Positions 34,083 through 47,039 of a stretch of 64,000 nt of DNA are shown one piece after another (positions within the stretch are counted from its first letter, which is position 1; each line of letters opens with the position of its first letter). The translations under genes were made by a program, and so were the position numbers. The notes beneath the pieces were generated by a model. It saw only the letters and a program-made list of their open reading frames with translations, made no database searches and was not told the origin of the DNA. The DNA comes from Octopus sinensis (Eukaryota), in assembly GCF_006345805.1 (NCBI RefSeq), contig NC_043010.1, forward strand, positions 59,148,001 to 59,212,000, written 5' to 3'.

Positions 34083-35589
34083 CTAGCAATGCACCACACA
34101 CACTCCGGTGTTGCTTAAGTCATTGATAATAATAACAGCACAACCAACTGGTATTGCAGTACATGTGTGTAATAAGGAAAAATTGATTTGAAGTTGTACT
34201 AATCAGTGAACACGGTGTGCATCCTGACCAATGAAAGGACACGGACCATGGGCAGACTCGTGTGTATGTGACCCCTTGATTTGCCCTCACACAGATACGC
34301 AGTGTTGTTGTTGTCTTGACTGAGGTTATCAGGTCAGGCATCTGTTTTTCATCGCACCACCTGTGTGGTAGTATGCACTCAACCACTGTGAAAAATAGGG
34401 AGATTGTAGCAAAACCCTTACGAACTTTGTGGCTTATAAAATGAATAATAGGCATCACAGGAGTGATGGTTCCGGGTACAGTGCCTCTGCATGGCACCTT
34501 GGGCAAGTGCCTTCTACTATAGCTTGAGGCTGATCTAAGCCTTGTGAGTGGATTTGGTAGACGGAAACTGAAAGAAGCCCGTCGTATATATATATGCGTG
34601 TGTGTGTGTCTGTTTGTCCCCCCACCATCGCTTGACAACTGATGTTGGTGTGTTTACATCCACGTAACTTAGTGATTCAGCAAAAGAGACTGATAGAATA
34701 AGTACTGGGCTTACAAAGAATAAGTCCTGGTGTTGATTTCTTCGACTAAAGGCAGTGCTCCAGCATGGCTGCAGTCAAATGACTGAAACAAATAAAAGAA
34801 TAATATATACTAAAAACGATAAGCAACTTTGCATAAATTGGGTTGAATAAAGAGAGCAAATGTTAAAGGCAAAAAAGGTCGAAAGGCTTTAGTCATTGCT
34901 TCACATCTTTACCACACTTGAATGAATATAGTCTCTTATTGTGCTTAGTCCTCAGGGAAATTTTATTGAATTTAAACCCGAGAATGCTCCTTTGGCATTC
35001 CTGAGTTGTTTACTACCAAGAAAATCTACATGGACAAATTCTTTTTGGTAGTAATGCCAGAAACATGGTTCATTAGTCAATCTTCTGTTGAAAAATGGAG
35101 CTTTGTGCAAAGAAATGGCATCACAATACTTCAAAGACATTGTTTTATCATGGAATACTGAAGACGTTCACATTGGCAGTTGTGGCACAAAGGCCATTAT
35201 TGACAGAAAATGTGCCAATAATTGTTCCAAAAAAAAGCATGTTTTTTGGTCATATTCCATTTACAAATAGGGTTTTGTGCATCATAAATGCACTCATAAC
35301 ACTTCTTGTACATTGCTGCATTTTTGACACCAAAAACATTAAAATTGGCAAAGTAGATTAGAAGCAAATCCAAATATTGTTCAAAAATGGCCTCAAAATT
35401 GTGCGACCCAGCTTTGTTTCTGAGGTTATTTTTGTAGTATAAAAGAGTTGTTGTGCAAAAAACGTACTTTATTTGGTAGCCAAAGGATTATTGAATCTTT
35501 TGATACTTGATACATCAAAATCAGCAGCACAGTTTTCGAATCCTTAAGGAACATACACACACACAAAAATTCTGTTTTATATATATAGA
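34083..35589 (-). mobile_element. Non-autonomous Helitron-like element
   Basis: On the minus strand it starts A|TCTATATATATAAAA and ends with an imperfect GCAACACC...GGTGCATTGC hairpin followed by CTAG|T. These are the 5'-TC, 3'-hairpin-CTRR and A^T target hallmarks. No Rep/helicase ORF was recognised. Confidence 0.55.
34478..34805 (+). mobile_element. Second SINE family with CORE-like GGCACCTTGGGCAAGTG motif, nested in the Helitron-like element
   Basis: GCACCTTGGGCAAGTGCCTTCTACTATAG...GGATTTGGTAGACGGAAACTGAAAGAAGCCC. Related copies at ~19480-19850, ~35665-35840 and ~43030-43200. Confidence 0.65.
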
Positions 35590-35927
35590 TTACATTATAT
35601 ATTTCCTGTATAATGAATGACACTCAGGAAGATAATGAAAAAATTTACAATGGACAGCTTCTAGTGACATGTGGCTATGTGCTTAAGGAGTTTTCTTCTT
35701 AACCATGTGGCTTCAGGTTCAGTTCCACTGTGTGACACCCTGGGCAAGTGCCTTCTATAATCTCTAGCAAAGCATTTAGAGTGGATTTAGCAAATAGGAA
35801 TTGAAAAAAGTTCATTTCATATATATATATATATATATATATTTTCTACAGAAAATAAAGGAATTCTTAAATGTAGGATGGCTATGAAGACAGCTTAGAA
35901 AATTGGGTAAATACTCTTTAGAAGGAC

Positions 35928-35928
<1 letters not shown>

Positions 35929-36022
<94 letters not shown>
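35929..36022. repeat. (TA)n microsatellite (representative)
   Basis: Long TA run. Others: (TAA)n ~1820-1850, (GT)n ~3472-3520, (TA)n ~17260-17301 and ~25048-25083, TA/CA mix ~24085-24210, (CA)n in the 3'UTRs of G2, G4 and G5. Confidence 0.95.
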
Positions 36023-36025
<3 letters not shown>

Positions 36026-37551
36026 TGAGAATTTACAAAAAAGCAAAAGACGAAGATGGGTGTGTAAACAACAAACATGTATTAGTTTAACACTCAGGAA
36101 GTGAGAAAGTCTTTTACGCTCTTTGACAGGAAGGAACACAGAAACAAACAGGGAGAGAAAATAGAAACGGGTTTAGCGATATATATATATATACATGCAC
36201 ACACACATACGTTTTATATACAGACACACTGAGATAGATATGGGTATGTGTATCGGTGTCACTTTGTCTTGACATCATATGATTGTAGTGATTGTTTAAA
36301 TTATGCAAGCATAGAAGGACAGATGTTAAAACAACAATGTCAAAGATGGAGTATCATTGTCATTGAAGAGGTTTGTCAATTAAAAAAAAAAGCATTAGCA
36401 AGGTCTTTAATGTAGATTAAAAATTATTGAAAATATCTATTGAACAATTATTGAAGCTAGAAAATCATTTGAACATTTCTCCGTCACAAATTTGGGAAAC
36501 AGTATGAATTGTTGAGTCCATAGGGGATCAAAAAAGTCAGCACTTCATACCTTGTCATCAGGATTTTGCTTTGTTATTTTTCTGGTCATGTCATGTAAGT
36601 CAACAAAAAATAAATCCCTCTACATGGGCTCTTGATTTACTAGAATTAGCAGCCAAATCATCTTAAAATTATATCTTACTCTCTTACAAAAACAGAAAGG
36701 TCACATTGCATGATATACTTGTAAATGCACTGTATGGAAAAAAAGATAGATATATATAAGATGAGTGCAACTTAAATGCCTTTTATCATAGATCTTCTCA
36801 GTCAGGACTGACCCAAGGCTACGTAACAACAACAGGCCACAAGGCTTGGCTGACAGCTTGTGTTTTGTCAGCCACATGCCACATGGTCACAGCAAATGAG
36901 GAAGTATCTCACAGAGATGGGGATTGACTGGGGCACTGCTCAGACTGTTGCCCAGGATGACCTTGGCAAATACAGATAAATAGTGGATGCAGCAATGCAC
37001 TGCCCCCTTCTCTCATACCACTTTAATGGAGTACCTAGTTGTTGATGTTTTTTTTTTTCAATTCTGTACTTACACTGGAACAAATCACTTCATATGCTCT
37101 TTAATCTATCACCTGACTGGCTCCCATGCAAGTGACATGTAAAAAGCACCATTGGAGTGTGGTTGATGCCAGTAACGCCTGACTGGCTCTTGCGCTGGTG
37201 GCACATAAAAAGCACCCACTACACTCTTGGAGTGGTTGGCATTAGGAAGGGCAGGCATCCAGCTGTAGAATCCTTGCCAGATCAGATTGGAGCCTGGTGC
37301 AGCCTCCTGGCTTGCCAGACACCAGTCAAACCATCCAACACAGGCCAGCATGGAAAACAGACATTAAATGATGAAGAGGATGATGATGATGACATGAAGT
37401 GATAGATTTATATATTCCTATTATTTCAAAGATATCTGTGTAATTTAAACTGTTATTTATTTCTCATTACAATTCTTTAATGAATTTGTATTTCTGTTTT
37501 AGGTCCCATCAACATATTCAAACGTTTTTAAGTATCCATCATTCTACAATA

Positions 37552-40469
37552 ATGTTATTGGCATTGTCCATTGTATTATCAGTGGTCCACTGTGTCCTGA
37601 CCATAGACCTTACCTACCACGTGGAAGAAGAGAGAAGTCCAGGAACATATGTAGCAGACATTGCTGCCGATTCTAAACTTTTAGACAATGTTAAACCATC
37701 TGACCAACATTTGATAACATTCAGTCAATTCAAACGAAAGGTGGCACAGTTATTTAATATCACCAAAACAGGTAAACTGTACACTGCTCAGACACTGGAT
37801 GCAGAAGATCTCTGCACATTCAACAAAGAATGTTCCAGAACTGTGAAGGTTGTTGTCAATAAAGGAACGAGTGTTTCAAAAATATTAAAAATCAAAATAG
37901 TAATAGAAGATATCAATGACCATCAACCAAAGTTTCCTATAAAGAATATCAACATACAGTTTTCTGAGAATATAGCTAAAGGTGCAAAACAATCAATACC
38001 CAATGCTATGGACAAAGATGTAGGATTTCAGAACTCATTAATACAATATAAATTAAAATCAAAGAATGGAGAACCATTCTCTCTGTCAGTGTCTAAAAGA
38101 GCTGACGGTATTTCTTCGCTTAACATAGTTTTGAAAGAATCATTAGACAGGGAAATAAAAGATAGTTATTTATTACAGGTCATAGCTAAAGATGGAGGTT
38201 CACCAGCAAAACAAGGGATTTTAAACATAAATATTTCCATAATAGATATAAATGATAACCCACCAGAGTTTTCTAAACCTTTATATAATATATCCATACA
38301 AAGCACACATCACAAATCTAAACCCATCATTGTTTTGTCTGTGAGTGATGCTGATTCTGGTGAAAATGGTAAAATTACTTTCCATTTCAGTCCAAAAACA
38401 TCAGATATTGCAAAAAGCTATTTTCTGTTAAATGAAACCAGTGGAAGCATTTTATTAAGGGAATATTCAAGTCTGAGAAAAAAGAAAACCTACGAATTGT
38501 TTATAGAAGCCAGAGATGGAGGCAGTCCACCATTCAGTTCCATAGCAACAGTTCTAGTAAATGTTATCAATCAACACAACAATCCTCCATCTATTGATAT
38601 TGATTATGTTTCTGCAATCAATGACAACACAGCTACCATCTCTGAAAACATCAAAGTTGGTAGTTTCATTGCTTATGTGATGGTCACTGACAATGATGTG
38701 GGACAAAATGGAGAGGTCAGCTGTGATATCAAACATGATACGTTCAAACTACAGTCAATGGGATCTAAAGAATATAAAATCATTCTAAACAAACCAGTGG
38801 ACAGAGAAACACAAGGACACTATAACATTCCTGTCTCCTGTCAAGATAAAGGATTACCTCCTCTCAAAAGTGTTAAAAGCCTCTCTATCCAAGTGACTGA
38901 CATCAACGATGTACAACCACAGTTTACCAAAGATACATTCCAATTCCTCACCTACGAAAACAAAGATAAAGACTTCCCTATTGGTTTTGTCAATGCCACT
39001 GACCCTGATCTTGGATCTGCTGGACAACTCACATATTCTCTGCTGCGTAAAGAAAAATCCAATCTCCCATTTCTCATCACCAGTTATGGCTTCATTTCAG
39101 CGACCATGTCATTGGACAGAGAGAAACAAGATGTGTATAAGTTTGAGGTTTTTGTCAAAGATAATGGAAGCCCATCTCTGAATGACACAGCGAATGTTGT
39201 TGTTGAGATTCTAGATCAAAATGACAATGCTCCGTATTTTACATATCCTAGTAGTGACCCTTACACGCTAAATGTGCAGTACCATCCGCAGAGTAAGAGT
39301 GACATCACAGTTTTGAGAGCGTCTGATGGGGACAGTGGAAACAATGCTTTCCTCAGATATGCAATCATACAAGGAAATGATAAACAGTTGTTTAGTATGA
39401 ACTCACACAGTGGTGCTTTATCCTTCTCCAGACAAGTTTATCTAAATGATGCTGGAAGTTATGAGCTGGTGTTTGTTGTGAAGGACAGTGGTAGTCCAGT
39501 TCAGTCGTCAACAACTAGTGTCACTTTGGTATTGGCTGTTAGTAACGAGACGTCACCAATGTCGAAGAGTGGACCTTTACAATCTTCAGGTCGGGTCCAT
39601 ATGACATGGGTTATTATCATTGTATCATCAGCAGTAATAATATCAGTGGCTATTGTTGTTTCTATAACGCTGTGTATTATGAAATGTATTAAACACAGAG
39701 ATAACACAGCTGCTGCCACAAAGAATACAGCCTACCAAGGTAGAGCAGAGATGAAACAATTGTTGTACCAGACTAACACTTCTGTTGCTATGTCGAGGAA
39801 TGCAGAAGAGATGGTGAAGCGGAATATCTATTCTGAGAGATCCAAGAGTGAATGTTATGCAGAAGGTCAGCTACAGAACAAATATGAATCTTCAGTTCAG
39901 TCGAGAACTTTACCAAAACCTACCCCAGTAAGTGGAAACATTACATTTTCTCTCTGTAAAAGTGAACAATGAAATCTCTTTGAATATGTTTTAACTTCAA
40001 TAATACATTCCAATATTAAATTGTTCTCTTTCCATGTTGATTGTAACTTCCATTGTTTGGTGTCTTCTCACATTTCTTTATTGTTTGTTTGTCAACAGAA
40101 ATACTGTCAACCTGTTGTGGTGACATCAAGTGATGATGCTGTGGAAGATAATGCTACTATGGTTTGTAACTATACATCAGATACAATGTCATCCAAGAGA
40201 AGTGGTAGACACGGAGACTTGAAACATTACGAAGAAATACCAGGAGTATCAGGTTAATAACTGCATTAGCAATACTTTGCAAATAATTTTAACAAGTACA
40301 AATTGCTGTACACTGTAAAAATAATGTCACCATTCTTTCCATCTATTAACGTATTGATATCCTGGCAAAATCTATTTTCATTTGAATTTCAGAGCAAAGT
40401 TTATATAAAAACAACGATGCATCTGCTTCGAAAGATTCCAGTGAAGAAACACCAGTGAAACATGTCTAA
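37552..40469 (+). CDS. Protocadherin G3 (~868 aa)
   Basis: The true ATG is 37552 (MLLALSIVLSVVHCVLT); the ORF-track start at 37480 lies upstream of the acceptor TTTTAG|G (37501-02). Exons are 37552-39927, 40099-40252 and 40393-40469 (EQSLYKNNDASASKDSSEETPVKHV*). Confidence 0.95.
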
Positions 40470-41081
40470 TCCAAATACTGAACTCATCTGACTACAACAT
40501 ATTCCAATCATTACACATGCAATCTCAAAATGAACACTCATTATTATACATACTGAATAGTGCTATATAAATGTAATGACAGGGTTGTCAACAATTAAGC
40601 TGTTATTCTGATAAGTAAACAGAAGTTACGTAAAAGAATAGATTTCCTTTTAGTCAATAAGTTCCTATATTCTTTGTTATGTTTATTTTCCATGGAAGTA
40701 TACATTTACACTTTATCAAAAAAATAGTTATTTTATACATCAAAATTTGTTCTTTTCTGAATATTACTTTTGAATTCTAGCATCAATATCAGGCTAAAGT
40801 CTCTTAGAGTGGGTTCCTGTATATCTGATCAACCCTAGTACTAATATGGGCTTCTTGCACAGACCATAAAAATCAATGTATATCCTGATATATTTTAGTT
40901 CAATTTCTTCCACAATTTAGGTTTTCTTTCATTCTTTTGCAGTCATTAAAATAATGACGTTATAACTGGCATCAAGTTAAATTACTACACTTTTATCACA
41001 AATTCTTTTAGCTATCTGCCTATTTACTGAATTATTATCATCAGCAACATTATTATTATTATTATTATTATCCTCATCATC

Positions 41082-41112
<31 letters not shown>

Positions 41113-41446
41113 TGAAGGTATTTTGTTATGGCTCTGTAAGACTAAATATTAGTAATTATAGCTACTTTATTTCATGAAATTCAACTACAAAAAATATTTC
41201 TGATTTAATCAAAGATTACCATGACACATATTCTTGTGACAATATGGAAACATTCTTATTGGAATGTTTCTGTTCTTAGTGATAATCCTAACATTGTATT
41301 TGGGATGTATGACGATTTAACATACAGATAACTATTTTCATAGTAGTAAGGCTTATGAAAATGGATGACCATCACACAGTCTCACTTTCTTCCTTGTATA
41401 AATTTAAGGTATTTTGTCTTGTAAAATCAATATGAAGATGATCGTC

Positions 41447-41480
41447 ATTGGTCTTCTGTTTAGGTCATTCAGCCAATCAG
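41447..41480 (+). promoter_or_regulatory. Putative promoter P4 paired CCAAT boxes
   Basis: ATTGG at 41447 and CCAATCAG at 41473. Confidence 0.6.
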
Positions 41481-41682
41481 ATTCTCACTAAAAAATAGAA
41501 AGAAATTTCTAACAAAGCTAAGCCTTTACATTACTGATGTTATTAAACAAATGATTATATTTTCCTTTATTATCAAATATTGTAGCTATTAAAATATATG
41601 TATAATAGATGTATGTAAATTGTTATTGATAGGAGTAAACAAACATTATCTTTAAGGATAAATACATACAGAATATTATTAG

Positions 41683-41886
41683 ATGGACGTACTCCCACAA
41701 AACGTACAACTTCAGTGACACATGCAACCCTCTCCTAGCAGCAGACTCTCTGCCTGACGTGCTACACTACTCCATCACCATAACAGCCATTGTCACACCA
41801 TTACAGCAGCACTTACAATGGATCTTTCTACAACAATACATCTTTCTCTTTCTCACTGAATAACCAATGATATAATTACTAAAAAG
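41683..41886 (+). other. Leader exon copy 4 (to G4)
   Basis: Same 204-nt block. Donor GTAAGT at 41887. Confidence 0.75.
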
Positions 41887-44800
41887 GTAAGTTTCCATTT
41901 AATCTCTTTTATAATTTTGTTTTATGTATCTCATTGAATCAGTTAGAGATTGTTGTAACAAGATGTTAGAATCTTACATATTTAATATTAACAGGAGAAC
42001 AAAGAGATTCACCAATAATTTACACATCATTTTCATACATATAACCCATACTATTTTCTTTTCATACTTCATTTAATGATGTTGATTGAGATGTTTCATA
42101 TTTAGACTTTATTTCATTGCAACAGTATGTGTCTGTGTAACATTTGTTACAGATATTGATCACTAACAATAGAGAACAATCTCTGCAGTATATAGCAGTA
42201 ATGCGTGCATTTGCTTTTGTTGTAAGGAAGATGTGATGTTGTGTCTATTTAGCTGATGCTGTAAGAAAGTTATGTGAAGATTTTCATATAAAAATATACT
42301 GAAGGATATTTTCTTTAAAGTTGTGTATAATGTGTCAAGTATTAGCAGTGATAAGCTAATGGTATGTTAAGGATTATGGTTGGGTATAATGGAGGACAGT
42401 AAGACTGACAGCTATCAAGAAGTGAATAGAAATATTAGCATGTTGTAGACTACGTCAATGTAGAAAATGTTTATATTGCATATGTTTGCTTCTAAAGCAT
42501 ATTTGTAAGTCATAGTAATATGTTATTTCTTTTTGAACATTCTCTCCTATTTCCCTCTATGATTTATTTATAGTCACAATTTTTTATCTCCTTTTTACAC
42601 TGTCCCTTCAATTTAATTATAGATTTTTGAATTTTTATAACATCAGAGCTTTAAATTTACGGAAATTATGTTTATCTCAATTATTAATCATGTTTACAAT
42701 TCAAAGTGAAACTTCTTCATCATCATCTCATTGTCAAATATATTTCTCAATATTCTGTATCCACAAAGATTTCTGTTTGAATATCTAAACATTTAGTCAC
42801 CAAAATTTGATGCCTGCCCTGAACGTCTTAAACTGTTACACTTTACTCTTTGTTCTTGTAAAACATTCACTTTTCATATTAAACAGCTTTTGTCATTTAT
42901 TCAGTTGTCAGATTTCTGACTTGAATCTCTCATCATTATTTGAGTCCTATTTCTCAAAAACAATAACATAAATGCTTACATTGAAAATAGCCATTGTGAA
43001 TCAGTTTTAAACTACATGACAAGCATGGTAGTGTGTATAAGACATCCACTTTTGAACCATGTGGTTAGGGCTTTAGTCCTGTAGTATGGATGTTGTTAGC
43101 TGACGTCCTGTATGACAGCCACAGATCAACCGATATCTTGTGAGTGAAATTGGTAACTGGAAACTGAAGAAACTCACAGTGTGAGTGGGTTTGTATTTCC
43201 CTTCCTCTTCATGTGTTCTTACTAAATGTAAACAAAGGCCTCACTCTGTCCTCAGCTTGCAGTCCATCATGAAAGCATAGCCAGGCGTCTTGATATGCCT
43301 TCACATGTTCTATAATCTTCATAAACGAAAGGCTCATTCAAACAGTGTCGTTATCTTAATTGCTTCATATAACCATACTCAGGCTGTTTGTTGTATGATA
43401 GACTGGGGTGAGGGTTGTGGGGGTCATTATCTTGCGTGGAAACAAAGAGAGGCATCAAGAAGGGCATCTGGCCATAGAAACTCTGCTCCAACATAGTCTC
43501 ATCTGCTCGTCTGACTCATTACCAAATTTTCACGAGGCATCTCTGTTTATTCACTAGAAACATGTTATAAAGAGGTGATTTTTACAAACCTTTTAGCTCT
43601 AATGATATGAAGTTGCAAATATTTAAAACAATATCCAATGCCATGTGCTAACCTTTTAACTACTGGGCTTCCATTGGACCCTCTCTTGAAACTTAACTGA
43701 GAAGGGCATATTTTTACTTTTCCTCTTCCATATTGGGACACTATTCTCTGCATTGAAGGGAGGTTGTCTGTTAACTTACTCTTCAGAGAGAGGGTTCTTA
43801 AGGAATTAGCACATGATGTTAGATTTAGCTTTAAATATTTCATCTTTATATTATTATAGTTAAGTGTAGGGAGAGCATTTCAGCTTTCATTATATGTTAC
43901 TAGTAAGGCGGCAAGCTGGCAGAATGGTTAGCATGCCAGGCGAAATGCTTAGCAGTATTTTGTCTGCTTTTATGTTCTGAGTTTAAATTCTGCCAAGGTC
44001 AACTTTGCCTTTCATTCTTTCGGGGTTGATAAATTAAGTACCAGTTGAGTACTGGGGTCGATATAATTGACTGGTCCCCTTCCCCCAAATTTTCAGGGCC
44101 TTGTGCCTAGAGTAGAAATAATTATATGCTACTAGTGAGTAAAAAATGTGTGTCTTGAAGGTCTGGCAGTATAAAAGTTATAGCAGTGACAGGAAGTTTA
44201 AGGACTTCACATAAATATATCTGGAATATAAAAGATTCCTGGTTATTAATTACCAAAAAATCAGTCCTGAAAACTGAGACACTGAGTCAATGTGAGTGAA
44301 ATGTTATCCAGGCAGTCATTTTGTGAAAATATAAATTATTTGTCCACAGGATAAGTAAGCACTCCTGGTCTCCATAAGTGAGAATTTGGATTTTGTATGG
44401 TTAATATTTTCATTGAAGTGCAAATGCCCAATAAAAGCCATGCATAAAGCATGATTTGTGGATCAGTTTAGTTCTGCTGCAGATACGACGATTGATATTG
44501 AAAGGAAAGCATTATAGTGGTGGTAGTGGTAGTGGTAAGGAAACTAGAGGATCATTAAAAGCTTTTACATCCTCCTAATGAGTAAATCCAATATTAGATC
44601 ATCTGCTCTCTAATAAAAAAAAAGTCTCTTTTAATTCTTTATAAATTGAAATAATTCCCATTATCTTAATTATGTATCCAAATAATAGCGATGGATTAAA
44701 AAATAAAAGAAGTTATTGTTGGATTACTTCATTGTCAGTATAAGCTGGTGCCTGTGCCGGTGGCATGTGTAAAAAGATTCGAGCGAGGTCATTGCCAGTA

Positions 44801-45379
44801 ACGCCTGACTGGCCCCCATGCCCGTGGCACATAAAAGCACCCACTACACTCTCAGAGTGGTTGGCGTTAGGAAGGGCATTCAGCTGTAGAAACTTTGCCT
44901 GATCAGATTGGAGTCTGGTGCAGCCATCTGGTTTGCCAGCCCTCAGTCAAAATCGTGCAACCCATGCTAGCATGGAAAGCGGACATTAAACGACGATAAA
45001 GATGTAAAACTTGTGGAAAATAATATTTCCATTACGAGTCCATTTAATATCCGCTTTAAAAATCACTCTAGATTAATAGTTGCTGAATATTTGTTGTTCA
45101 GATTGTTAACAAAGATGTACCAATTTCAAAACCTTCTTCCAGTAGAGAAGATGCTTTCATACATAAACGTGCAAGAGGCATACGGTTTGGCTAACCCGTA
45201 TTCCTCTTAGTATTTGCATCAGGAAATTCTTTTGAATGAGTGATGCCACTGGAGTTGATGGAATTGGCATGTTCTGGGCAGAAAATGTGTGTAGATTAAG
45301 TAATGGAGGGAGTTAGAGAATGTGGTAGATGAGTTTAGCATAGGTTAATCATAGGCAACAAGATAGCAATATTGATTTG

Positions 45380-45830
45380 TGTATATACGCTACATTGAGG
45401 TTTGACAGGTAGATGTAAAAAAAAAGGGCCATTTGAAAGAGATCCTCTTGCAGTCATGATGGCAGATGACAGTGACCTTGTTATCAGGACTGGTGACTTT
45501 AATGAACATGGTAAGCAACCACCTCGATAATATTCCAATGTAGATAAAGGCTCTGATTATGTTACACTGACTGAACAGGGATCGTAGAAATGGGATAGGT
45601 AGCTAGTTGTGAATACTAAGAATACATCACTCAGCCTAGACAAGGGATTGGTGACATCAGAGTATTTAATACTGAGGAATGCTAAGTTCTTAGTTCTGAA
45701 TGAACAACATGTGTATTGAGAGATGTTGAGACTACATGATGTGGATAATACCTGAGTGAGACAGAAGTGAAAGGAACACATTGGCTATCAGCTGCACAGA
45801 GCAATAGGAAGTTATGGATGAGTCATAATA
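45380..45830 (+). mobile_element. LINE AP-endonuclease relic (probably RTE)
   Basis: GGTGACTTTAATGAACAT encodes GDFNEH, the GDFN catalytic motif. The surrounding frame is broken. Confidence 0.5.
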
Positions 45831-47039
45831 AAAGGAGAGAGACAGACAGACAGACAGTAAGTGAATAAGAGAACCAGCTTAGCTTGACATACAGTCTATT
45901 CTGAGGATGGTGTGTGAATTGAAGAGCAGACTCCTCTGAAATACACAATTGCTGAAGAGTAAAAACAGCCTGCCCTCAAGAACTAGGGATATGGGGAATT
46001 CTTAGGTGGTGGTCAGCATTGCATCTAGTTATGCCAGATGCTTTGAAAGTTTTGTTCATTTCAAAAAATTGCAAATGTCTACTTCTGATATGTGATGTAG
46101 AAAGCAATTGGTCAGGGAGCTTGGAGAGAAGTGTTAGTTTGTAAAGAAGTTAATCAGGCATAATTATTTTAATTATAGTAGACATGTTAGAGATCATCAT
46201 CATCATCATCACTTAACATCCATGTACCATGCTGGCATGGGTTAGACACTTCGACAGGATTGGATGAGCCAGACAACTGCATGGAACTCCAATGTCTAAT
46301 TTGGCTTGGTTTGTATGGCTGGATACCTTTTCTAATTCCAACCATTTTACAAAGTATACTGTTAGAGATGCAAATAATAATTATAAATTATGGACGAAAC
46401 TAGAGAAATTTCCTACATTATCTACGGAACCCACTCTGTCATGATTCTATATGTTGTTCCATATACTTAGATATTAATCAGTCAGAGTAACTGAGCATTT
46501 AGCATTATCTAGCTGGGGTAGGTATTGAGAAACTATAATATAACATTTATATAAAATAATAAATGATAATTGCTGAATTACATTGAGATAATAGTCTGAA
46601 GTTTAATATTAATAAGATAATAGATGTCCTGAGTATCTCTCAGTTTTCGTTTCTTTAGACTGATGCAGAGATCTAGAAACTGGTACCAACTAAAAACAAC
46701 CTCTTCATCATTCTTGGAATGTATTCTTTGTTATAACTTTAAACAAAACCTTTTTGATATTCAGGATAAATATTGAATGTAGATATCCAGAACCAGTTTA
46801 GTGAATCAAATAAAATTTCACAATACACAGTGGTTACTATTCTTTAATGGCTGGGTTGTTTCTGAATCAATGTGGTTTTGTAAAACAGACGGTTTGTACA
46901 TTTCTCATGTTACACTGATAAATATGTATATTTCAAACAGTGATTTATTTCTGATAATAACTGGAAATATATTTCTCTTTTAGGTTCAATATTTAGTACA
47001 CTTGGATATCTTTAACCATACCTGCATAGAAAGAGCAAT

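Noticed and set aside
37480-37551. 24-aa N-terminal extension of G3
   Set aside because: The upstream ATG lies in the intron before the acceptor at 37501-02. The signal peptide aligns with the other genes from 37552.
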